Positions 53,707 through 64,000 of a stretch of 64,000 nt of DNA are shown here, piece after piece. The stretch lies in NCBI RefSeq assembly GCF_009914755.1, contig NC_060935.1. One strand, written 5' to 3'. The position numbers and the translations under genes are program-made. A model generated the notes under the pieces. It was not told where the DNA came from. It saw only the letters and a program-made list of their open reading frames with translations, and did not search any database. The stretch comes from the human T2T-CHM13v2.0 reference genome, Homo sapiens. Every line of letters begins with the position of its first letter. Position 1 is the stretch's first letter.

Positions 53707-54578
53707 GAAAAATGGAGCAGATATTTATTGAAATCTGCTAAACGCCTTCTATCCTTTCTTCCTTAGGGCTGCCTTAGGATGAAGGTGTTTGAGTCTTCTT
53801 TTGACCACAAGGAAGCTAAAAGGCTCAGACAGATTTTGACACTTGCCTAGGGTCACACAACTAATAAGTGGCACAGCTCTCTCTCTAGACTACGCTGCCT
53901 CTTTCCAAAGATAAATAAGGCATAGAGAGCCCATGTTGATGGAGACATAAATAAGAAGTCTTTTGAGCTATGGATTTGAGAGTGGGGAGCCCACTCTCAA
54001 GTTGGAACCTCACTGAGAGTCCCATGGGGGACAATGACGATGACTTGGTCTGTGTCTTCCCAGCCCCTAGCATGGGTGGTGCAAACACAGCATAGGGCTG
54101 ACTCAGAGCATGTTCATGGACCTTTGTTTAGGGTGTTGAGGCTGGAGTCAGGGGGCCTGCGACCAAACTCTGACTCTGCCATGAACTTGCTGTGTGACCT
54201 TCAGCAAGTTGTTGGTTCCCTCTGTATGGAATCAGAGGGTTGGACTAGATGACCTCCTAATCCTACAGGTCTGACATTTCAAGAGAAGATAAAATTGGCA
54301 AATAGCCTTTATGTGATACAGCCCGAGGTGGGGCTTGGGTCGGAAATTGGATTTAGAGGATGCGTGTTGCACTTAAGGTCACGGCAGCTAGAAAAATTAA
54401 AAGCAATTCAAGGTGCGGCTGGGACTCACTGGCTCTCGCCGCAGGTGAATTCCTGCCTGGCTCACCTAGTGCTTGATGCCTCTGACCCTGGGGCTGGCTC
54501 AGGGGAGTGGTGGGTCAGAAGTGCCTAACCTCCCTTTCTGCCTGTTTCTCCTCCCAACTCCTCCACTGGCCCGAGCAG

Positions 54579-54773
54579 CTGGGCGGGGCCTGCCTGCTGG
54601 CCATCGGCATCTGGGTCATGGTGGACCCCACCGGCTTCCGGGAGATCGTGGCTGCCAATCCTCTGCTCCTCACGGGCGCCTACATCCTCCTGGCCATGGG
54701 GGGCCTGCTCTTTCTGCTCGGCTTCCTGGGCTGCTGCGGGGCCGTCCGTGAGAACAAGTGTCTGCTGCTATTT
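54579..54773 (+). CDS. TSPAN18: TSPAN18 second coding exon, residues 22-86 (rest of TM1, small extracellular loop, TM2, GCCGA..EN.CLL)
   Basis: Branch-like CTAAC at 54525-54529, pyrimidine tract, CAG at 54576-54578, donor TTT|GTGAGT at 54774. 195 nt, phase 0/0. Translation [13 protein letters not shown]...[18 protein letters not shown] is the canonical tetraspanin motif, and CpGs are retained as expected for coding DNA. Confidence 0.97.
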
Positions 54774-56377
54774 GTGAGTACCCCAGCCCCCACCCCATCC
54801 ATGGGTGCTCTGAGGGGTGTCAGGGATTGGCTGCAGACTCCCAGGCCCTGCCTGGCTTCCATTCAGACCAGTGCTTCCCAAACTGGGGCGGGCTGTCAAA
54901 GCAGAAGGGATCATGGAGATGAGCACGTCCGACCCCACTCATTTGGTAGTCAATGGTCCTGAAACCCTGAGACATTCAGCAACTTGCCCAGAGTCCCATG
55001 GAGTTGGCAGCAGAGGGGATGATACAGACGCTAGGTCAGGGCCCCTGCAGTGCCTCAGGCTGCCTCTTCCCATGCCTTTGGGACCTGTTTTCTCCCTGGG
55101 GTAGCCCTTCCTCTCTCCCACTTCACTTTGCTGCTTTCCTGCAGTCAATCCAGGACCCTTGGCTTAACACACACCTAGTCTGTGTCCGCATGCCAGGAAA
55201 CTCAGAATAAGGTTTGTGCCACATAGGTCCACCTCCAGGGGTGGGGCGGTCCCCAGCCTTTTCCATCTGCCTTGGTGGCCCCAGCTTCCAGAGCCTGCTT
55301 TTGCAGTGGGCCCGTGCCTGCAGTGGGTGAGCTGGCCCAGATGGCGGGGGCCTTGGCATCCAGGTCTGAACAACCAGGTTTCTCCAAGGCATGGTCAGCT
55401 GAGAGCACTGACATTGACCTTGATGTTTTTCCACTTGCTTGCTATTAAAAACTCTAATATATAACTCCTTAGTAACATCGCTAAGATGCCTAGTGGATGA
55501 GGCCTTCCCCTTGTAGATATGCAATTCTGAAACGGTATGATATGGCCTCTGAAGGTTTCTTATTCATCAAGTAAGTAGCCCTTGAACTCCTATCATGCGC
55601 ATGTAGTTCACTGGGTGCTGAAGATATGTCGGGGACCAGGAGTGATGGTCCCTTCCCTCACAGACAGGCACAGGGGAGGCAGCCGAGCCGTGCGGATGAG
55701 CTGGGCAGCGGGCAGGCCTGGTTTGAGGGTACTCCCTGCTCCATCCCCTAAGGGTGCGCCTCCCATCTAGTTCCCCAACCTCCCAGAGCAGCCATGTCTT
55801 CTTGTTAAACGAGGGGGCCGACCAGCTCAGCTATAGATCACAGCCAAACCAGACAAGCAGTGGGTCTTCTCGTTCTCGAGTCTCCTGGATTCCCATGGGT
55901 GGTGGCGCTTGGGGCCTCCGCCTGCTTTCCTGTGCTGGGTGGATGGGTCTTCTCTAAGAGGTCCTGGACTTGGAGAACTTCTGGGCTGAGCCCAGTCCCG
56001 CTACAGGGTAAGTTAAAAACAGCCCTGTTTAGAGAAGCGTGGGTGTGTCTGGGTAAGCTTGCGGATGCTCCTCATGGGCGAATTCGTGGGCGGAGTTAAA
56101 TGACAGGGAGAACTGGGCTGGTTGGCTGGGGGGCTCCCTTGCAAGGTTCTGTAGATAAGCCAGCACCAGCAGTGCTGGGAGGAGAGACCTGGCACCATAC
56201 CTCCTCCCCAGACGAGAGCACACTGCACGGCCCCATTTGTGTCCCGGTGAGATGCTCCCCATCCAAAGGAAGTGAAGTCAGCTGCGAAATGAGTGACAAG
56301 GAGCCTTGGGCCTATTTGTCCTTCAACAGCGCAAACACTGCAGACTTCATTTGAAGAGAAACAAAGAAAAACTTTGA

Positions 56378-56391
56378 GCGCCCCCTGGTGG
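56378..56391 (-). promoter_or_regulatory. CTCF core motif (CCACCAGGGGGCGC on minus strand)
   Basis: The + strand reads GCGCCCCCTGGTGG, essentially the CTCF consensus, in non-repetitive sequence. Confidence 0.8.
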
Positions 56392-56901
56392 ACAATTCTC
56401 TACAGCTTGTCACGGTGCTCGCAGAAGTCTTGGCTGGGGAGCCCGAGGGGACTTTAAAAGGAGCTTGGATATGGGTCCCAGAACAGACCCAGCCTCCCTT
56501 TCCCCCTCCTCACCTCGGCCCCCAGGGACTCATTCATTGTTAATGGGCTCGGCTCTGAAGCCAAGACAGGAAGCCAGGCTGGTGTTCTTGGCTGGGAGCA
56601 GGCTGGAGCGGCTCTAGTCTCCTCCAGTAAGTGGCTGCCTGCAAACCTGCCAGCCGCCCCAGGACGTCCTCCCTCCCGTGCTATGCGAGGCAGGACTGAG
56701 GCCCAGGGGTAGGAGATGTGTCCACGATCCTCCCGAGAGAGGTGATCCTGGCTGCCAGGCTGGGGGCCCTTCGACAAGGCCTGATGGCAGATCCTTCCCC
56801 TCCCCTCCCCACCCCCGCCTCTCTCCCTTTGTCCGCCTTCTTTCTGCCTGTCTCTGTGTAGCTCCCTTTCCTCTCTGCCTCTGTCCTCCCCATCTCTGTC
56901 C

Positions 56902-57192
56902 TTTTTTTTTTCGAGACAGGGTCTCAGTCTGTGGCCCAAGCTGGTGTGCAGCAGTGTGATCTCAGCTCACTGCAGCCTCAACCTCCTAGCCTCAAGTGAT
57001 CCTCCCACCTCAGCCCCCCGAGTAGCTGGGAACACAGGCACGTACTGTCACGCCCAGCTAATTTTTGTATTTTTTGTAGAAACAGGGTTTTACCATGTTG
57101 CTCAGGCTGGTCTTGAACTCCTGGGCTCAAATGATCCACCGCCTCGGCCTCTCAGAGTGTTGGGATTCCAGGCGGGCACCACACACTTGGCC
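56902..57192 (-). mobile_element. AluJ, antisense
   Basis: J-type features (CACTGCAGCCTCAACCTCC, CTCCTGGGCTCAA); T-tail at left. Confidence 0.92.
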
Positions 57193-57481
57193 TTGTCTTT
57201 CTCTTGATCTCTGTTTTTATTCCTACGCCCTTTCCTTGTCCCTGTCCTGATCTCTCCCTCCCCGTTTCCCTGTCTCTCTCTCCACTTCCCCTGCTTGCCC
57301 TCCCCTCTCTAGGGCCCCGCCCACACAAGCCTGAGGTCACAGTGTGGGTCAGAGGCAAAGGACGCTTGGATCAAGGTCTTCTGGCTCCCAGACCAGGGCT
57401 ATCCACAGGCTCTGGATAGCCTGGAATGGACTCCAAAATTTACCTAAAATTATATGCAAAATGTTATGTTATGTCAGGTCC

Positions 57482-57775
57482 TGTGTATGTGTATTGTGTA
57501 TACATGGATTGTGTGCATACTCATGTGTATGGGTACAGTGTGTATGTGCACGTGTGTTGTATGTGCATGTATGTTGTGTTCTATCGTGTGTGTTTGTGTG
57601 TACATGTGTGCATTGCTTTGTGCATATGTACACATGCATGGGTGTTGTATGTGCATGGGTGTTATGCATGCATGGGTGTTATACGTGCATGGGCATTACA
57701 TGTGCATGGGTGTCATGTGTGCGTGGGTGCACATATATATGCATGTGCACATGTGCATGTGTGTTGTGTGCATGG
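57482..57775. repeat. Degenerate (TG/TGCA/CATG)n low-complexity tract
   Basis: About 290 nt of mostly alternating purine-pyrimidine; flanks look like an old hAT (MER103-like) fossil. Confidence 0.9.
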
Positions 57776-60700
57776 GGGTTGGGGGGGTTCTGTGAGTGTT
57801 TCCAGAGAAAGGCACCAAAGTTTCTGGAAGGTTTTCAAAAAGGTTTATGCCCTAAAAAATAAGAAAAACCACTTCTCCCTTCCCGGCTGAACCTGGACCT
57901 AACTGTGTGGTGGTTCCAACCGAAGAGGGCATGGAGCCTCACCCCTGGCAGCTTCTGGGATCCTTCTAGAAGCCTTTCACTGCTTTCTCAGCCTGTCAGA
58001 AAGGAGAGAAGGCTTGTCTTGAGAGGGGCCAAAAGAGTGACTTTAGTCAGCCCAGGAAACCTGGCTCAAAGGTTCACAAAGCAAGGAGGCCTTGAGATGG
58101 GGCTGACTGTCCCCTTCCCTCTGCTCTGAGACTGAAGTCCTACAGGACCTGGGGACAATCAGTCTAATGACCAGACCACCTAATGATCAATTTATCTATC
58201 TAAAGGTCCATTTCCCAAATACTCATGTTGATCAGTATTACAGCACTCACATGCAATAGGACAATTTCAGCCTCCTATTGAAAATTTGTGGCATCCCTTT
58301 TTCTCATTTGCTTACCTTTGAGTATTTCAAGGATTTTTTTAAGCCAACTTATTTAAAAATTCTAATTTTAAAAATATTTTATAATGAAGGCAAGCTCAAC
58401 TGGAAAAAAGAACAGCAAAAAGAGATGAGTATATTCAAAAAAGATAAATGAGCTGAATTGTACATGCAGTATGTAAATTTGGTAAATATTTATTAGAAAT
58501 GGGAACTGTGAGCAGACATTGCCTATAAGCAGATGGGTTAGAAAAGCCTGGAAATGTTCCCAACTAGACAACATAGCAGTTTCCTCCCCTTTGCTAATTT
58601 TTCCATCCTAAGGAAAGTGATGCAAATTAGAGGATCAGGAATGGCTGACAAAGGTGTCCTTAGGCAAATGGGATGCAAACCCTGGGAAAGGCCTTGATGA
58701 GGGGAAGCCCCAGGAATGGCTGGGTCCAGGGGAATTCCCCAAAGGACTTTAACACTGGTAAACCGTCTTAAGCAGGAGGACATTTTCATGCTGGAGAAGG
58801 GCGAGTTGGCAGAGGTGGCATTGTGACTGCCATGGGCACCTCAGCCTTGCACTTTGGTTCACAGGATTCACACTCCCACATACTCAAGTCATGCCCAGGC
58901 CTTGTGCTTGGGGAGGCCCACTTCCTCCAGTCCACGGCTTCCCAGGTTTATTCTTATATCTCATCTCCTGATGCTTCAGCTCAATGGAAACTCCATGAAG
59001 ATGGGGACTGAGTCTGCCTTGTATGCATTTATTTGCCAATACCTAGCAAAGTGCCTGGCACAGAGCAGGTGCTCAGTAAACAGCCCCGGAGCCAAGGAAC
59101 AGAGAGGAGGTGGTAGCAGAGGTTTGGCTAAGAGCATGGACTTTGGAGTCAGAAAAGCCCGGGCTCTAACTCCTGCTCTGTCATTTCCTGGCTGTATGAC
59201 CTGGGGCTGGTCACTTAACCACTCTAAACCTTAGATTCCTCATATACAAAATGAGGATAATCATACTTCCTTCCCAGCCATAGTGTTGCATTCATGATCC
59301 AGTGGGAAATGCATGTTTTGCTTGGCTGTGTTTGTGGGATGCCTAAGCACTCTATAAATGGGAAACTAGAAGAATTGGTGCTGAGCCTCAGGAGGCTTTG
59401 CAGGCCATGTAGAAACCATAAGACCTCGGGGCTCCTGTGGCTTCCAGGGTAACATGGTGATGAGAGGCTGTGTTCTGCAATCAGAGTTCTTGGGGTGAAG
59501 TCCCAGAGGTACTGCCCACCAGCTATGCCAGCTTGGGCCGAGTACTGTTCCTCTCAGCCACAATCCCCTCTCAGTAAAATGGGGGTGTTGCTGATAATAG
59601 CGTCTGTCTCACTAGATGAGAGGGCTTGATGAGATGATCCATGTAAGATCCGCAGTGTCTGGGTAGCAAGGACTCAGCAGGTAGCTATTGCTATTTTTCC
59701 AGAGCCGCCCACACCAGCACTTGTCTTCGGGAAGGATGTGCTTCCTCTGGGCTCTAAGTAACCATCTGAGCAGCTCTCATGTCATGCCGGTCTTGCGAGA
59801 AGCACCGCACCTGCATTACCTCGTGGAAGCCATGCGCAGTCATCCTGGATGGCACACACACATCCCAGAGTGACGGGCACACAGAGTACACGAGGCCTGT
59901 GATCTGCTTCGTCCATTATTTATCACTGTCCAGGCCGAGGCTGGTGGGCACGCCAGCTCCAGCTCATTGCTGTGGATGGAAACCATTTCTGAGGCTGCTC
60001 CTTGCCAGCCTGGGGACCTGCCAGTGGCTCCAGTGAGAGGGCAGAGGGTGGGGAGGGGCTCCTCATAGAGGACCCATGTAATGGAAGCGGATGGCCATCC
60101 ATCACCAGCCAAATGGAAATGCCAGGACCCCTGCCAGCGGCCTCCGTCACTGTCACAGGGGAGGCGAGGCTGCAGAGGCAGAAAACACATCACTCAGCAG
60201 CCACTGAGCCCAGAGCCCCCCACCCTCCTGGAAATGAGAATTGTAGGAGTGGCAGAATGGACCATGGGCATTGTGACCTGGGGCACAGGAGGCTTCCCCC
60301 ACCCCACCCTCATCATACTCTGCACTGGTTGGGGAACTCTGCTCCCTGACCTCAGCTGGAGGTCAGCCCCTTCTTCAGGAAGCACAGGAGCATCTGGCCT
60401 GGTGTCCCTCATCCAGATGTGCCAGCAGGCCACCCAGCAAACCTCAGCCAGGCAACCTGCTGACCTGTGGAGACAGACTCCTGGGCTCAGAAGAGAGTGA
60501 CAGAGCAATCCCTGAGCCTCGCCCTGCATCAGGGAGCAGACACAGCCTGGCGCTCTGAAAAGGCAGCTGGGCCAGGAGGGGAGTGTTCTTTCTGCAAAGC
60601 TCCAAAGAGCTCTGCACCTGTGGAGTAGTCACTTCCCTTCTCCAGCTTCAGCTTCCTCAACTTCGAAAAGGGGAAACTACACAAAAAAGAGACCGTGAGA

Positions 60701-62815
60701 ACAGCGTCCGGTGCCCGGCGGTCCCCTGTGAGAGCAGAAGCCTGTGTCGGAGCAGCTGGAGCCCAGTGAGACCTCAGGGGCTCAGGAGCCCATGGTGCAT
60801 CTGAGGTCTGAAGCAGACTTGATGTGGTGGCTGGGGACAGAAACCAGCCAGCAAAACGCAGGATTGAGGAGTGACACATCCCCGCCACGGGCTGGGCTGC
60901 TTTGCTGAAGCAAGGGGCTCTCTTTAGGTTTGGACACTTAAAAAACTAAAACCCACTTGCCAGGCCTCGGAGATGTTTTATGTCCGTGTGCTGAATGGAC
61001 AGATTCTATACTCCTCCCGAGGCGCTCACTAAGGTGGACCCTGGCCCACACAGTTTGGAGAGGCCTCGGGACCTCTAGAAGGCAGCCGCTGTGGATGCTG
61101 AAGAATCAGGGAGGGAATTGGACTGGGGTCTCCCTGGGGTGGGGATAAAGTGACAGAAATCTTCCTCTGATCACAAGAGGCACATTCCAGGAGAGAGACG
61201 CCTGAAGGTATTGTCAGCAGCCCACAGAGCATCTGCGAGGAGGCCAGTGCATCACCAGGAGCCGGGCCTCGGAGGCCACAGAGGATCCTGCTCGTGGCCC
61301 ACATTCACTCCCCTTCTGCACATGAGAGCCCAATGCCAAGCTCTGCTTGGCTCATTTCCAACAGGGGAAATGCTTTCACATGCCTCGTGATTCCCCACGG
61401 GGAATCCCCAGAAGTGGGTCTCCACATCCCCATTTTTCTGGCAAGAAAACTGAGGCTGGAAGGGGTTTGTATGAGTGGTTGTCCCATGACACACGAGGAC
61501 AGACAAGGTGGGCCCTGAGGTGTCCTGACTTGAAGCCCAACACCCTTTGCCTCCTTCCAGCCTGGCACATCGGGGGCAGGCAGGCAGGCAGGCGGTCCTA
61601 ACGACTGGGACCCCAGAGAGCAGGTCTGGCTGCTGCCTGGGTGCCTGGGAGGGCATGGAAGAACCAGTCTCTGTGTGTGCCAGAGATAAAGTCCTCTGCT
61701 GGTGGTTTCCAGATAGGGTGACAACGGACTTTGTCAAGGGCACCAGCTATGCTGAGTAATGAAGGCAAAGCCAGTTTCTTCTGCTGACAGCTCTCAGCCC
61801 AAAGGAAACCACACAATGACCAGGGCCGGTGATGTGGCAGATCACAGGGCCTTCATGGCGAGTGCTCCACCCCGGCTCATTCATCCATGTAAGAGTCCTG
61901 CACCAACACCTGTGCTGACCCAGGCATCCAAGCAGGCAGCGCACTGAGTGACAGCCCCTGTGCTAAGGCCGTGCGGGCACCTCTGTTAGGCACTGTGGTG
62001 CGGGGGAGCCCAGGAGAGGGAGGGTTCTCCCTGCTTAGGGAAGTCAGGAAAGGCTTCTCACCAGGAGAGGGGCTGAGGCTTCACCTGATCTGGAGAAATG
62101 AGGAACTGGTGGGCAAGGAAGGGCAGTGCCTTCCTGGCAGAGGTAACAGAGCCTGTGAGGTCCCCGAAATGAGAGGCACTGTGGTTCATTCAGGGAACAT
62201 CAAATTCAGTGAGTGGAGCAGAAGACTGTGTTAGATACCAAACTCCTGGCCCATGGGTTTTGAGATTTGGTAGTCATACCACCTTCCCTCCAATCTTATT
62301 CCTTGGGTTTTGGCTGAAGGTCTATGTGACCTCCCCACTTCCCATGGGAACCAGAGGCAGTGGGGCAGGGAGAGGTGGCCCTGGGGCTGGCAGGGTGGGG
62401 AAATCCAGCTGGGGATCCCCAAGGCACTCAGGATTCTCGCAGCCCGTACAACCTACCCAGAAGGAAATTTACCCAGAGTGGGCTCAAACGGGTTTCATCA
62501 GCGATCTCCTTCCAGGGTGGCTGAGTAGGGTTGTTCAGGTTGCACACTGTACGAGGGGCCTCTCTAAGGGTACCATTTGCATGGAAGGTATATATTTGTT
62601 TATTCTTTTCATATTTTGATCTCAATCCTGTTGACTCCAAGGAGGAATCACTGGTGTGTTTGTTATGAAAAATGTCTGATAGCAGTGGAGTGCCTTAATC
62701 TTACAAAATGAGTATACTGCGTCACTGGTGTGACAGATGGACGGATGCATTGGCCAGTGGCCGCCCCATCCCCTGCCTGCCCTCTGGGCTCACAAGGCTG
62801 TTCCTCTCCCTGCAG

Positions 62816-62890
62816 TTCTTCCTGTTCATCCTGATCATCTTCCTGGCAGAGCTCTCAGCAGCCATCCTGGCCTTCATCTTCAGGGAAAAT
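62816..62890 (+). CDS. TSPAN18: TSPAN18 third coding exon, residues 87-111 (TM3: FFLFILIIFLAELSAAILAFIFREN); CDS continues beyond window
   Basis: Acceptor ttcctctccctgcAG (62814-62815), donor AAT|GTACGT at 62891. 75 nt, phase 0/0. Hydrophobic helix with the conserved polar TM3 Glu. Confidence 0.95.
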
Positions 62891-64000
62891 GTACGTATCA
62901 GGCCCCAAGCTTTCCTGCCTCCTGCTATCAGCAAGGGGTTGGTGGCCATTCAGGTCTGGCTCCTCCCCTCCTTGAAGGGTCTCAGAGAGTGGGCAGCCTC
63001 TCATCTGGCACTTCCAGCCCAAGTCATGGCCCCACCCGCCTGGCAAGGCCCCGCAGACCAGGGAGAGACCCCAGTAAGCCTGTTCCTGCAAGGGCTTTTC
63101 TCTGCTCCCAAAGCATCTGGTACAACCCCATACCTTATTCTGGAAACATCCCTTCCAAACCTTGCCTAGTAACGGCCCAGTGATAGTGAGACAGTCAGAA
63201 TAGTCGGAGAGGCTGGAATGTAGGAGCACAGGGCAGACTGCTCTCGGAGGAGGCCCTGGCTGGTATCCTCCTGGGTACCTTGGCCCCACAAGCCACCAAG
63301 TTCCAGAGGCCACAGGCAGCTGGAGTGCCAGCTGCCTCCCCTGAGTTGACCAGAGCCAGGCACCATAGCCAAAGGGAGACTGGGGCGGGGGGTTGGAGAA
63401 AGATGGGAGGGGAGGAGGGGCAATGGGGCAGGAGACACAAAATGGCCCTGGGGTAGAGGAGGCGGGCGGGGAGGGTAGCCAGCACGGAGCAGAGGAGGAG
63501 GCCACCACAGCCTGTGAGCAGACAATGGTGCCCAGATGGTCTCCTCTGCTGGGCACCACCCAGGGCCCTAGCCTTTGACTGCAGCAGGAGGGAAGGAGAA
63601 TATTTTGGGAGTAGGAGAAACTGTGGAGGACTCCTCTGGAAACTGATGTACAAAGACTTCCTGCCCGGTCCTGTAGCTTCTTCAGGCCCTGGGACCCAGG
63701 GCATCTGCTTGGCTCTGTCTGGGGAACAGCTCAGGTGGAAGGGGTGGGGTGAGGTGCAAACTCCCCACCCAGATAAGCCCTCCCTCTGGGCAGAGCTGCA
63801 GGTGGAGTGAGGTCCTCAGCGTGCCCTGACCTCGGCTCCACCGAGATGTGCATGTGTATGGACTTCCTTTCTCCACTGGGGATAAGAAGACTGCCCCAAG
63901 TTGGTGGTTTAGGAGAATCCCAGGGGACCTGGCACCAGGATGCAGAGCCCCTAGCTCTCATTCCCCCAACTCCCAAGCAGGTGGATGGAGAGACGATGGA

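Noticed and set aside
57344-57890. Cys/Val/Met/His-rich ORFs resembling metallothionein or keratin-associated proteins
   Set aside because: They are translations of the (TG)n low-complexity tract, open in several frames and on both strands.
58140-58570. AT-rich island as foreign or inserted DNA (also 1-330)
   Set aside because: It looks like an old degraded transposon remnant with no coding signal; I cannot name the family without a Dfam search.
62855-63559. Longest ORF (234 aa, minus strand) overlapping the third coding exon
   Set aside because: Pro-rich low-complexity product of G-rich intron sequence, with a non-ATG start and no family motif.

Overview
Human-type (primate) genomic DNA from inside the tetraspanin-18 gene (TSPAN18, + strand; human 11p11.2 from recall). 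The window is about 99% intronic. It holds one probable non-coding 5'UTR exon (5155-5296) and the first three coding exons (51248/51258-51320, 54579-54773, 62816-62890). These are all phase 0 and GT-AG flanked, and splice into residues 1-111 (TM1-TM3). The gene continues past both ends of the window. The rest is Alu (10 copies), MIR, L2, L1 and CR1 fragments, MaLR LTRs (THE1, MST, MLT1), hAT DNA-transposon fossils, microsatellites and a near-consensus CTCF site. Almost all ORFs in the supplied track are chance or repeat-derived, and there is no prokaryote-type system (CRISPR, operon, IS). The strongest leads are four. (1) The only sense-strand LTR keeps its TATA box and splice donors but has lost its poly(A) signal, so it is a candidate alternative promoter upstream of the ATG exon. 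(2) The 5'UTR exon opens with a recursive-splice-type AG|GTGAG site within three CAGGT motifs spaced exactly 33 nt apart. (3) A 188-bp local copy has been inserted into a MIR, and a 70-bp block of it is still identical to its donor. (4) Inverted Alus flank a stop-free 195-nt exon, a circRNA candidate. Repeat subfamily names come from recalled consensus sequences and need Dfam/RepeatMasker confirmation.
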